NCBI GenBank assembly: GCA_030141605.1
Contig: JAQGDQ010000051.1
Coordinates: 766,177 to 830,176 of the forward strand
Source of the DNA: Tubiluchus corallicola
Lineage: Eukaryota; Animalia; Priapulida
DNA length: 64,000 nt
Direction: 5' to 3'
This document shows positions 1 through 13,100 of this stretch, piece after piece (position 1 is the stretch's first letter; every line of letters starts with the position of its first letter). The notes below the pieces were generated by a model. The model worked only from the letters and a program-made list of their open reading frames with translations. It had not been told where the DNA came from and did no database searches. The translations under genes were made by a program, and so were the position numbers.

Positions 1-560
1 TCCAAGACTCATGACTGGTTTGAGGCCAAGTCAACTGCCATGACTCCAGTTAACATTAGTGATGAAGCCAAGCACACTGCCCTTGCTGAGTGGAAGTGCT
101 CACCCAGTGGTGATACTCAGTGGTCAGAAGGAAGGTTCAGCTGACTACAGCTAGACACTGTACCAGCCAGTGCTGGAGTAAGCTTAGTGCAAATAATGCA
201 ACAGCTGTTGCATTTGAAAATTTTGGAAGAATGTACAATGGCAGTAAAAAGCATCAGGACCAGCCTAGAAAACCTCCCCCTCAAATCCACCACAGGGGTA
301 GTAATCACAAACAAAAGGTCTGATGGAAAGATGGGTAGAACACTATTCAAACTTCTACATCAAGAAAATATTGTAGCCATCTATGCCTTTGATGCTGTTG
401 AATACCTGCCAACAATGGATGAGCTAGATGCAGAAACTACTGCAGTGGAGTTAAGCAAGGCCATCGATACCTTGGCCTTAGAAAAAGCCACAAGCAGTGA
501 TGGTATTCACTCAGACCTAATTAAACAAAGTCATATGTCAATGCTGGCAGGAAGGAACTG
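1..560 (+). mobile_element. LINE (RTE-like) ORF2 fragment
   Basis: Decayed frame including ELSKAIDTLALEKATSSDGIHSDLIK, the 'KAxGxDGI' pre-RT motif. Confidence 0.7.
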
Positions 561-1028
561 TATTTTTTTTGTACCTATATCATAAGCAGAGCCCCCCCCC
601 CCGCTGGGTTTGCAATTAATAAAGGTCATTCAACTTTTTATTCATGTTATTAAAATCCCAGGACATCACTCTGATATTTTGTCTGTATATCTGACCAGAC
701 TTTCCATTTCAATTTTTTTCTCTGTTTTCCAATATCGGTCTCATTTTGGCTTACAACAGAAAATTCCCACCTATATAAATCACAAGAGATTGCTTATATG
801 TCCATTTTATTTCAAGAAACTTGTGCAACAGAGTGCTTGAAACACCACGTCTTAATAAATTGATCCTTTACAAAAAATAATGATTTCAATTTGGTGATTA
901 GTAATTCTTGGTGCAGGAAATTGTAGTTAGTAGTGGCCTTTTAAAAGTGCCCACACAACAATTAAAACATCTGTGCAACTGCCAGTCAGACAACACATGC
1001 TCAACAAAATATAGACAGAGGCACTCAC

Positions 1029-1137
1029 CAGTAAAGGTAATAAATGCTACAGTTGTGAATCTCGTAACATCTGCACTCAGCTTCATCGGCCGAAATAAAA
1101 TTTGTAGAGCGGGATTTGGAGGTACACATTCTACACT
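1029..1137 (-). CDS. TMEM131: TMEM131 exon 11
   Basis: ttttgcag|SVECVPPNPALQILFRPMKLSADVTRFTTVAFITFT|gtgagt. Confidence 0.88.
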
Positions 1138-4100
1138 CTGCAAAATATTATATATTCACTTTTGACTAATTTTCAGTAATTCTACTAGTACATTTAATAT
1201 TTACACATTTCTAACTTGAAAGATTTTCTTAATTATTCAGAGCATTACCAAAGCATTTTTTTAAAAAAATTGTGCTAATTTAATTATTTTGTCTGGTGTG
1301 TTCTAAGAAATCTAAGTAGGGCGTATATCGAAGCACAGTATTTACTCTTATAGCTTGCCCTGGTTACTTGGACATAACTTTTCCATATGAACAAGAATGT
1401 ATCTAAGCTCCACCGTGTCGTCTCATCAAGGCCTTTTGCTTGATTTACAACAAGCCACTATTTGTTAACACAGGGAACAGGAAGCATAAGTGACCCTTAC
1501 CCCCCCCCCCCGATTTTGGCTTTCCCTAGCCGCATACTAAAAAATGTGGTCCTAGCTCAAAAATGTAGGAGTTCCAGCCTAACAAAAAACAAAGGACCCA
1601 CCCTAGTGGCCTAGTCCTGTGAGTTTTTTTGGAACTTGTCACTTTTTCATTCACGGCCAGTAGGTCAACGTTCTGAAAGTCATAATATTGCTTCGGTTGA
1701 ATTTGCCATGCTTGACTGACAGAGCTTCAGAGAGTTGCCAAATAACTAATTTTAAGTATCAATAGTATTTTAGCATTAGCACATTCAAACCATTTTTTAA
1801 AGAACAAGAAAACCCTTTACTTAAATAAAGTTAAAAAATTCGTCTTGAAATTTTGTTCTACATACTGGCATATTGTACACAGAGCTTGTATTAGCAGCAA
1901 CGCTGTACAAAACTTGAAAATATAAACTCCCGCAAACATTTTGCTGAATGTTGAGACAGCTTGAATTGAAAAAAGTACTCCATACAGTATACATACAATT
2001 TATTTCGTACATGTAATACAATAAAAAGGCAGTGCAGAATAAAGTTAATATAAAGACACCCAGAGATATGAAAAAACAACAGACATACAATAAATCAAAT
2101 AGGTAAAAAAGTGCTGAAAATATGAAAGTATGACAAATACAGGTAAATACTCAAATCAATACAATAAAAATCAATACTCAAAAAAACACAGTAATAGTGG
2201 TAATTGATATATTCAATGTATATAAAATTCAAAGAAGAGTTATATTGCTCTGTATGCTAATAAATTATACAGATCTTTCCTTTCCAGAAATGTAGGCCCA
2301 TAAATTTGGGAATCGAATACACCAGTTCCAATATTGATCAAAAAATGCACAAGGCGGAAGAATTTAACTGTGAATCAAACCCTCAACATTTAGATGAAAA
2401 AGTTCTGCTGCTCTTACTGACCTATTTCCCCTTTCATTAACAACGCTTGTTTACTAGCTGTTACAATGATGGCACATATACATGTTTATATAATGTGAAA
2501 CTGTATTGTACTTTGGAAGCCAATAAATTTATACATATAATATATAAATTTATTGGCTTCCAAAATACAATACAGTTTCACATGGGGCAAAGCACAACAT
2601 GTACATACAAGTCCATCCAAGTATGAGTGATTACTGGACCTTTACAAGTAGCTCCAATTAAATATCTAAATTTGAAAGTATTACCTAATTTTCAGTCTAT
2701 ACATAATTAATAAAAAGTTCATGTGTCACTTTATAACACATCTGCATCATAAATTTCCATAACTCTATACACAGCTTCAATGCTTTCATGTAAATTTGAA
2801 TGACTGAAAATACTACAACATTCAGAAAAATCAATATTGGAATATCTGCCACGAATATCTTGTGATAAGAAACATTCACAAAAAAATGATGTTCAGTTTG
2901 TATAGCGGGCGGGTCTAGACCACAATAACATATTCTGCTTTCTCTAGGTGTTATTGGTCTATTCCATCAACCAAGCTCAATGGCTAAATTATGAGCAGAA
3001 AGTCTCATTCTAGACCACTAAATCCGGTGTCTCTCATTGTAGCATATCTTTGTACTATATACTGGATTAGGATCCAAATCAGGGTACATACACTTGTACA
3101 CTGCTACTTTACTGTTATTAGTATCATTGTGTAGATCACTCCGTGAAATGTCAGAGAGAACTGGATTTTCACGTAGTGAAGCCACTTCAAAGATATAATT
3201 AGCAAACTGACATCTGAGATTTCTAGCTTGCCATAAGACAATGAAGAAAGGCGAAAAGTTCTCTTCTAAACGGAGTACCTTACTAAAGAACTATTGTTGC
3301 TGATGGTTAATATAAGCGCTTATAGATAGTAGATCAATTTCCAACAAGCATAACTCATTATGAGCACTGCGTCTAACACCAAGGCAAGCCTCGATGCAGT
3401 CCATATAAAGAGTCTTTAACTTAGCTCCAGATGTTTTACCCCAGGGTTCACAGCTGTATAACACCAAAAATGTGACAACAGAACTTAAGATCAACTTTTT
3501 AATCCAAAATGGACAAGACATATTTCTGTTGATAAAGGCTTCATATCTAAACTTATAATTCAGCTTATCACTGAAAGGTTCTAGAAGAACAGATAGCATC
3601 AAACCATCATCTGTTACAAAAGCTCCAAGATAATAATACATAGAACAATAGTTCACAGTCAGATCACCTAGCATCAGAGGGGTCCTATATTCTGGAGTAC
3701 CATTGATGACCATAAATTTAGTCTTTACTTGATTGATGATCATTCCATAACCGCTGCAGAATTCATGCAGAATACATAACTTTGATAAGCATTTTTCTCT
3801 AGAACAGGCAAATAAAACCGAGTCATCCATCATGAAGAGTCCGTGTAAGTTGTTCAAAAAGCTATCATGATCTTATTCTTTTAACTGTCGGATTAGAGGA
3901 TTTATGAATAATGTGAAGAGAAGAGGACTGGAGGGAGCACCTTGTTTTACTCCAATGTTAACATTTACCTTGAGTGTGTTCAAGCATGCGTATGAAACTT
4001 CATACATTGCACGTATGGCACTAAGACTCAGGATACAGGCCGTTACCAAAAACATAATTAAAAATTGCACACATTAGTATAATCTGGCAAACATTTAATC

Positions 4101-7100
4101 AAGCTTGGAGAAATACCATCCAATTCTGCTGCCTTGTTATTCTTCAGTTATCTCACTTGGCTAACTATTTCCTCAAATCTGATGGCACCATGCAAAATTG
4201 GAATTTCAGGGCATTGATCAATATCTATAGTTCATGCAGAAGGATTATCTGCTGAGAGTAGCTGTTCAAATATAACTTAAATGCTGCTTGACTTGGTATC
4301 TAGAAACTATCAATCTGATCTACAGAACCATTCCAATCCACTGCTTTTCGTATAGATGTTATATCATTATCATTTACCAGATTTAACCAACGATTGCCAT
4401 TATTGTACTGGTTGAAACGTGTACATCTACGTGTTCGACAAGAAGTTGCAACTCATATATCATATCTGATAGATCTTGACACACAGTATTGTATTGGGGT
4501 CAAGGTTGACCAATCTAGGCTTAGGTTACTGTCAGTCATGTATATGAGCCCAGTTTCAGGTGCACGTTTTATGCTAGCCAGCTTAGAATTAGCCGGTCAA
4601 TGTTGGTGGAGTTTTAAAAAAATTACATCATCTTGTAGACCAACTCTTTTTCTTTCTGAAGAGCTATAAAACTCCTTTAAACAATCCCAGACGGATGATG
4701 TAATATGAGCAGTAGCAAAGTGGTATTTATTTACACACAGGTACAGCATATGGCCTTCAATTGTCCTAGCCTACTGATGACTCTATACGTAGGCACCACG
4801 TCCTTGCACAAAAATGTAATAGCTGTTGTGTAAGCTTCTCTTCAATTGTACTTTCAAGGGAAATTATATGGGCAAAATATTGTTATGTGTAAACTACTGG
4901 CTGCTGAAATGTTGTGCATTTTTTGGGCATCACCAGTCTTTATAGGCTCTGCACAAATCTCTTAATGTTTGTACCTCAAGTCGACAAAAATCACAAGTCC
5001 TAAAAAAAGTTTCTTGTTAAACTGCATGTCATACTGACTTGTTTCTAAGACTGTCAGCAGACTGGTGTGCTGGTAAAAATCTTTCCAGTAATCAGATCTT
5101 GTTTTAAACTGAAGAAGTTCCAAATGCAGGTTTTAGCACCCGACTTTTTAATAATAGAGAAATCACAGTCTCATTTTTGCAAAATACTGTGCAGAACATT
5201 TAAAATTCATCCATATCTGTGAACACTTGACACTGAACGAAGGAGTGGCCAACACAATACATGTAGTTTTATTGCACATTATGCAAGATGGGTTACATGT
5301 CCAGTACAAAGCAATTGTTAGGCGATACATAAAATGATTATTATAATAATCCAATCTCTAATACACTGTGAAACTTTAAATTTATTTTCACTGAATAACT
5401 GATGTAGAAACCTTAGATTACATTATTCCTAAGTGACCCAGTAAGTAGCGACTCCCTTTCCCATAAAGCAGTATAGGTCAGGAACCCAGAGAGGCTTAAT
5501 GTAAAATTCAAGCACAAAAGGTTTGAAAGCTAAATAGAATGCACAAAGGTAAAGTTTCAAAAATAAGTTTGTCTTGTGTTGTGCAACCAGTCACAAGAAG
5601 TCAGAGGTAGAAGAAGCCAAAAAATAACCATTTAATGCAAAATTTGAGCACAAGAAAATTTTCGTGGCAGTGCATAGAGGATGGTCAGTAGTGCTTAGAC
5701 TCTTGGTCAAGACAAAAAAAATATCAGTCATAAGTGGACACAAGACAAACTTAACCATTGGCCACTGATCACTATTTCACTTAAATTAGAGCACAAGAAA
5801 AATTTTTGTAGGAGCTTGTAGTCCTTGCCTAGTACATGCTAAATTTATACTCAAGACAAAAGAAATGCAGTCATAAATATCCTTAAGACAATGTTCAAAG
5901 TAAGATTTATATAATTAATTTCGATGGTTTAGGGCTTATATAAAATGAGTTTTAAAGCTACAGCTTTAACGACTGCATCATTTTCACAACAATACATGCA
6001 CGAAACAAAATCTCGGGCTACGTGACTTTTTTGCCAGTTTTTTCCTCACAAAACTTATACTTCATATTTCTAGAGAACGAGGACGTGACAGGATGGGGTG
6101 AGTAACGGCACCTAGCGGCACCTGGCGGGGCTACTGGACAGCAAATTATAGCTCTTTGGAAAGAGGAGGCACATTGCTATACAATGATGTGGGTCTCTTT
6201 CTAGGCACCTCTACCATAGCCCAAAAAAGTGGGATATTCAAAGTTATTTTTGTAATTTTTTTCTCTGGTTAGCGATGTCATCCATTATATTCTACCTACA
6301 GAGACTGTAGAATATTCGGCATAATTGATCATTAGTAGAATGGTCTTATAGCACTTTGCACTGCACATAATTGCGCAATTTTTTATTGCATGGTTTCACT
6401 AGCCAGTTGTTTTTGTTGTAGAACATTGCTGCCAGTGTGCTTGTTGTCGTCTTCACAGTCGCCATCGTTGTCAATGGTGGCTGCAGCATGATATCATGTG
6501 GTGGGGTGGAATGCTACATTGTGGGTGGGCTGGTGTGATATTGAGACACAAATTTAAATGCAGTGTTGAGATAAAAATATTTCGGTGGAGCAGGTAAATA
6601 TAAAAACTGTAGGTAAATCAAGAACGTTCTGCTAAGCAGCATCTTCATAGCAAAAACTGGTAGTAAACCAAGAAGATTTCTGCTGTAAAGCAGTATCTTA
6701 ATAACAACAATAATAAAAACAGTGGGTAAATCAAGAAGGTTCTGCTGTACGCAGAATCTTAAATAAAACTGTGGGCAGCTCAAGTGAAGCAAAATCTTAA
6801 TAAATCATAAGGAATTTTGTAGTTCAGCAATGTATAATTAAAAATGTGAATATGCAGAATACATCAATTAAGAGATTTGACTTACTACAAATGCACAATC
6901 TATGTTTTCATAAATCTTTCTGTGATTATTGCAACAGACTAACAGACTTAACTTATCAGAATATATTTACAGATACACATCAGCAAGACAGGATCACCTA
7001 AATTCATAAATTCAAATGAAATAATCTTAACAAACATTAATAATTCAAAGCAGCAATATAGATAGGAATTATTATGTTCGGAGGTTTGATCCAAAGTCTA

Positions 7101-10100
7101 AACACAAAAACTCTGAAATTAAACTTACTGTAATATGCACCGATTTTACACCAGAATTAACAAGATTGAGGTAGAGTGTTTGTGGAGGGTCATGTGTCCG
7201 CAATGTTCCAAAGTCTAGTATTCCTGCATGAGCATAAATACCAGGCACTAAAACAACATACAAATGTTAGTTAGACACAATTAAATGAAGTTAATTACGT
7301 TTGCTTCTATTCGTTTGTTGGGCTCAAAACCCTTGCGCACAGTTTACATGATCTGATAACATTGGACTGCTGGAAGAAGTCGGACAAAGTCGGCTAAATC
7401 GTTTACCATGACATTAAAACTATTCAAGATTTGTAATAGCCTCAAATTCCCTGTTCAATATATTGAACCAAAAGCTGGTTTGACATTCAAACCATTGACG
7501 ATTCGAAATAGTTTCAGACGTACTTGCTCTTACTAAAGGACAAACAGGTAAGTTTGTAACATCTCAGTGAAAATATATATTGTTCTCTAGTATTGGTACT
7601 CCTACTGTCTCATGACTATCAGCCCATTAGAAACTCCCGTTCCACCATTTCCCTGTAGTTCGCATTCAACACAAGTACATCATAGCTTACATTTGACACA
7701 AGATTTAGGTTTAAAGAGCATGGTGCAACTAAAGAAAAGTTACCTATCTAACGATAGGGCTACTTGACCATTACAAACGCTCCTGCTCCTACATGCCCGT
7801 ACTTTACATGTCTTTCTCATTCCACACAAATATTTTAGGTTTGGAAAGCTGGGCAGATAGCCATATTGTTAGATAGCTAATGAGCTAATAGGTGTTACAA
7901 ACTTTTCTTTTGTTGCACCATGCTCTTTAAACCTAAACTGCTCCCGTTCCAGTGGAACTTTATCTAAATGTAATTAAGCAACAAATCACCGTCTGACTGC
8001 CTGCTATCAGTTTAGTTGGGCAAATTATTACCTGTGTAAAAATCATACGTGATCTGGGTTTAGTGAGTTTCTTTATAGAGTGTGAGAGTAGTAAACAAGA
8101 TTTTAATGCTTAACCCTTAGCCAATCAAGGGGTTTTTATATTACAATAAAGACCAAGCGGGGTAAAAAATTACACATGGAAGTATTGCTTAATATGCATT
8201 ACTAACAGGACAGAAAGACCAACTGGTAATTGAGGTGCTGCTATTAGTAAAAAACCAAGTTCTGTGGCAAGTTAGCATACATATATGAGGGCACCAAGGA
8301 TAAAAAGAGGCTTTTCACCATTACATTATGTTGTTTACGCTATATTATTTATGCTTAGTTTTTCAAGTCTTGTGAAAATTTTTATAACAGCCTAACGATG
8401 TTCACTGTTTAATTCTAAGATGTCCACTTCATCTTCACTTGCTAGGTCTTCTAAAATTTAACCTTCATCAGCTTCAAACTTAGTCACCTGAACAGTAAAA
8501 GTTCTCGCCATATTACTAATTGAATTTGTAATGGGCAAGTAGCCATATTGTTAGATATGTCCCCATAGTTTAATATGAAATTTCTTCAGCTGATCGGTAG
8601 AAAAATCTGTTTACAGAACTGTAGGCTAAATTGGAGATTTGCAGCACTTCTCAGTTTTGAAAGTAAACACATGATGCTGCCAAAAAGAAAAATACTGCAA
8701 AGTAAATTCCAAAATTTTGACTACATAAAAGACCAAGGGGGTAAGTAATAAGTTACCCCACGTCAGGTAGCATCTGGCACCCAAGCTTTGTAAAAAAGTA
8801 TGAATCATACTTTTCAACAAAACCAAGACATGATTGCATAACAAATCAAAAAATATTAAATCACTATTAGTTTGTTGTGTGCATCAATAAAAAAGGTGAG
8901 CAAACACTCCTGTGGTAATTTTTTACCCCACCTTTGTTGGCTAAGGGTTAAGGTTACAAAGCAAAAAAATTGTCGCTAAAACGAAATATGCAACATTGAG
9001 TGAAAAACGATATCTAAAGACTAATGCCATTAAAACAAAATGTTTTTAAGTGGAGAATCGTTAAGTAAGGACTTAATGCAAATTGCAAAAAATGGCAAAA
9101 TTTGAGGATGGGAAAGTTTGTAACGGGCAAAGACTCATATCAGTTGACTGCTGGAGAACAATATACATCATTCTTTAGGTGTTAGCATGTATGTACCAAT
9201 ATTGTAATATGCCAAAATTCAAACAAAATGCAAAAAAAGACAAAATTAAAAGTGTGGGAATATGGTAAGAGGAAAGTTTATAAGGAGCAGGTACCCATGT
9301 CGTTATTCAGCTGATAAACAGTTAAAACACCTGAGTTTTTGCAGAGATGTTACAAGGCTTTCTTTGGTTACACCAGCACTTCAAACCCATAATACTTGTT
9401 GAATGCGAAACTCGCGGGAATGTGATGGAATATGGGAATGGGAAAGTTTGTAATGGGCAGTATAAAACATACAGGTACACGTATCCTCATTGAGGTTAAA
9501 CTTTTCTTACGTTACCTCCATCATCTAATAAACCTACTGAACTCTCTCTGGAGGATCAGGAGGTAAAAGCTACAGGAGTTTCTGGATGTGTGTGCATAAT
9601 AATGCATGTAAAAACAATGAGGATCAATGGCACAAAAGTGAATTTTTTCTGATAAGTGAATTTTTTCTGATTTTGCTGGGCATGTCTTAGTGACTTCTTG
9701 TCGACTACATGTCTTGATTTTAGCGGTTCTTTTAGAGCAATAATAGGTGAAAATGGCAACTTGGGTAATTGCATTATTATTAAAAAACAAGCTATTGTCA
9801 CATTACACTGTTGTTTCTGTTCAGTCAGTTGAAAACCCATTGTTAATCCCAGCAATAGCCACCATTTAAGACTACAGCAGTTACAGTAATTTTTACTTTG
9901 TATTACATGTTACAATGAAACATTATTGGATAATGCAGAATGCAGTTATAACACAAGTTATTCAGAACATGATTACAGCATATACACAGTGACAAGTGAG
10001 TGACTGTCACCTGCTATGCGTCTGAGAGCTGCTTGCGCTGTGCTAGAACTTTTTCGTCTAGAAAAGTTAGTTAAAATGCAAAGTTTAGCTAACAACTTTT

Positions 10101-13100
10101 ACAAGGTAACGTATAAGAGACACCACACAAGTTCACACAACTGTAATGATTATTTTTGTCCCTGGATTATAAAATTTTTGTCCCTGGATTGTAAATAAAC
10201 TATAGGAAGAGGTTTGACAAAATGCAATTAAGTTACGCAATATGACTGTGTTTACAAGATATGGTGCTAGTCCGAAATAAATCAAAGACTGACACATCTG
10301 TAAAAATTTACCAAATTTACTCACTTTAGCACCCGCACTTAATTAAGGGCCCGCATGAATCAACACCTGAAGAAACAAAATGAAAAAATAATAACAGTCA
10401 GTGTTTAAGTATTTGCCCAGGCTGCTTAACATTTACAAGATGTTGAATTTGTCTGCTACACTAAAGTATGCACACTATTTAGTTCTAAGCGGTTCTAAGT
10501 TCTATTTAGTTGCCTTTAATAGGAGCTATTTATGCTGCCCATATGAAAGCACTGTGTATAAATGAATGAATAGTCAGATTTTTCCGGCATACATGTAAAT
10601 GTGTTCTACTAGTATCGATATACCCAGTATCCAGTATAGGGGCTAAAAGACTATTAATAAGCACCTGTTTGAATAAGGGTCCAGTAATTAGTTTGGTAGA
10701 AAAAATGAGCCCAAGCTTTAAAACCAGTGAATATGGTATTGATTTTCCTTATTAACTAAAATGTATGGAAAGATGCACAGAAATCCGCAACATTAATAAT
10801 CTACAAACAGATAATCGTGACCATACTACATATGTTATACTTTTTCTAACATTGCAGAGCAAAAAATAAAGCCAACAGTTAAAGTGACATACAAATAAGC
10901 ACAACTCAACTAGACTGTAAAAGTAGAAAAGTAGGTCAAAATCACATATGCTAAAATAACGACTTAATGGCAAAACGAGTAAATGCCAGTAAATATAATG
11001 TGCTTAACTGTTATTAAATCTACATGAGTTTCAACTCTCACCATCTATGTACTTCTGCACTACCTCAACTTGCTTCATTATTTTGTTGTAAAAAGTTACA
11101 AACTGACAACTGTATCGATCATTTAAAAAAAATATTGCGTACCTTTCGTAACCTCGACTTCCATTGGTAAAATGAGACTACTATGTGTAATATTAGTTTT
11201 TATTCGCACGAATACAGTATGGTTATTTTCCTGGCGGCCCATAAAGTTTAACTTCATCACAGGTTTTGTTTCATGTGGCGGTATCTCCTATGGAAAACAA
11301 ACAGATTACTGTTTTTAACTTTCTGCTTCACAAAAGAAATCAACTTGATCTAAACAAAGTAATCAAAACACTTCGGTCCCAAAGCGAGTCTATTAAATGG
11401 CGCCTTCAGAAGTAAAATTTACAACTTCCTGAAGTTCGTTGATAACCATCAAAGAAAATAACTGTGGGCCAAATTGTGTTTGATTACAAGGAAAAGCAAT
11501 GCAGGATCTGGTCAACAAGTGGATAATATGTTTACCCATATATGTGTGTGTGTGTGCGTGCATGCGTGCGTGTATATATATATATATCGATGGCTTCCTG
11601 TTGAAACCTGCTATCTCCATTTTTGCGTAAAAGGGATATAGCAGTATTCATTACAAAACAATTTTGGGGGTTGGATTTAGCTGGTTATTCTATTGTTGTA
11701 TTTCAGCCCTTAAAATGTAGAGAAGGCAATACCAGGTATTATCAGGACATGCCAAGTGCTACGTATTTCATTTTGCATGCAAAATCTCATTTTGGCCAAA
11801 AATGGAGATAGCAGGTTTCAACAGGAAGCCAGTATATATATACCTGCCAGTATATGCAGAGACCCAAGGAAATAGCTGTGTGGTTGACGTGGTGTAATTG
11901 GTTACGAAGTTCAGCACACACGTTTTGTTACAAGTTAATGGGTGACTGTTAGCTCACTAGGGAAAGTAGACAACTATGTTGCATGTTGTTCAAATGGATA
12001 CGAAGTCAAGCAATACCAAGCCTGGTTAGTAAACGAACAGGTGATTGCCGGAAAATCTGCAGGCCTCATTACCCAAAGATTCCGTATACATAATTATCAG
12101 TTACAATAATTTTTATAGAGTGCAACTTAATATGTTTTTACTTTATATTACGACATTACAGTACACTGTATGTTTAGTTTTAATAATGTTTGATTCAAGC
12201 AACATAGCTAGTACAAATTACTAATGTTTTGCTTTTGCTACTTAGCCAATTAATGATAGCAGTTGCTTTGTTATTGTATAGTAAGCACAAACATTTTTTT
12301 CGTTATGCAACATAATAATTTAACTTTCTAATTTTTTAGTTTTTTCATTCTTAATGCATGTCAAACATAAAACTGCTTTCGTATATGTTATTGATTATTT
12401 TGAAATACTTTTTCTTAATAAAAAATATAACCTGTCACATAAAGCACTTTTCTATCGCAGCAGCAGAACCTTACCACAATTTTTGACCCAATCCAAAGTA
12501 CTGACTAATTTATGTAAAGTAATTGACAAATTCAGCAATGTAAATCACTCATCAAAGTTCACTTTATATGTAAAACATTCTTGGTGGTATATATTTTATT
12601 TAGTATTTTTATTTACATGCATAAAATGCAAGATTCTACTGTCAGCAGTCAATACAAGTTTTACACTGACACATGAGACCATTTACCAGAACAAGAAATA
12701 CTACACACAAAAACAGTTTAAAATAATGTTTATTTGTTCATACTACCTATATAGAGACTACATTCACGGCACAAATTCCAGGAAACCTTACCCATAGATT
12801 TTTTGGAGCTTCATTTTCACCAGAGGGCAGTTCCAAGTGTAAATCGCTTCCACTAGAATACATTTCTGTCACCTATACAGGAGTAAAAAAAAGTTAAAAA
12901 TGGCCAAGAGACATGATTAGGGCCCAAAACTTCAAAAAAAAAATTTGATCAAGCTCTTGTAAAACAATAAAACAATTTAGTAATTACACATTAATACTGA
13001 CCATACATACCTGTAATGGTGAATTGTGAGGGTTATGCATCTGTAGTAGAGTTGCATAACTACTATTTAATGGAATTTTTGCTCCTAAAAACGGCCGAAG

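Noticed and set aside
5570-6810. CRISPR-like repeat arrays
   Set aside because: Degenerate tandem repeats without unique spacers or cas genes, in a eukaryotic intron.
12354-12797. 147-aa plus-strand ORF
   Set aside because: AT-rich intronic sequence antisense to TMEM131, with no recognisable motif.
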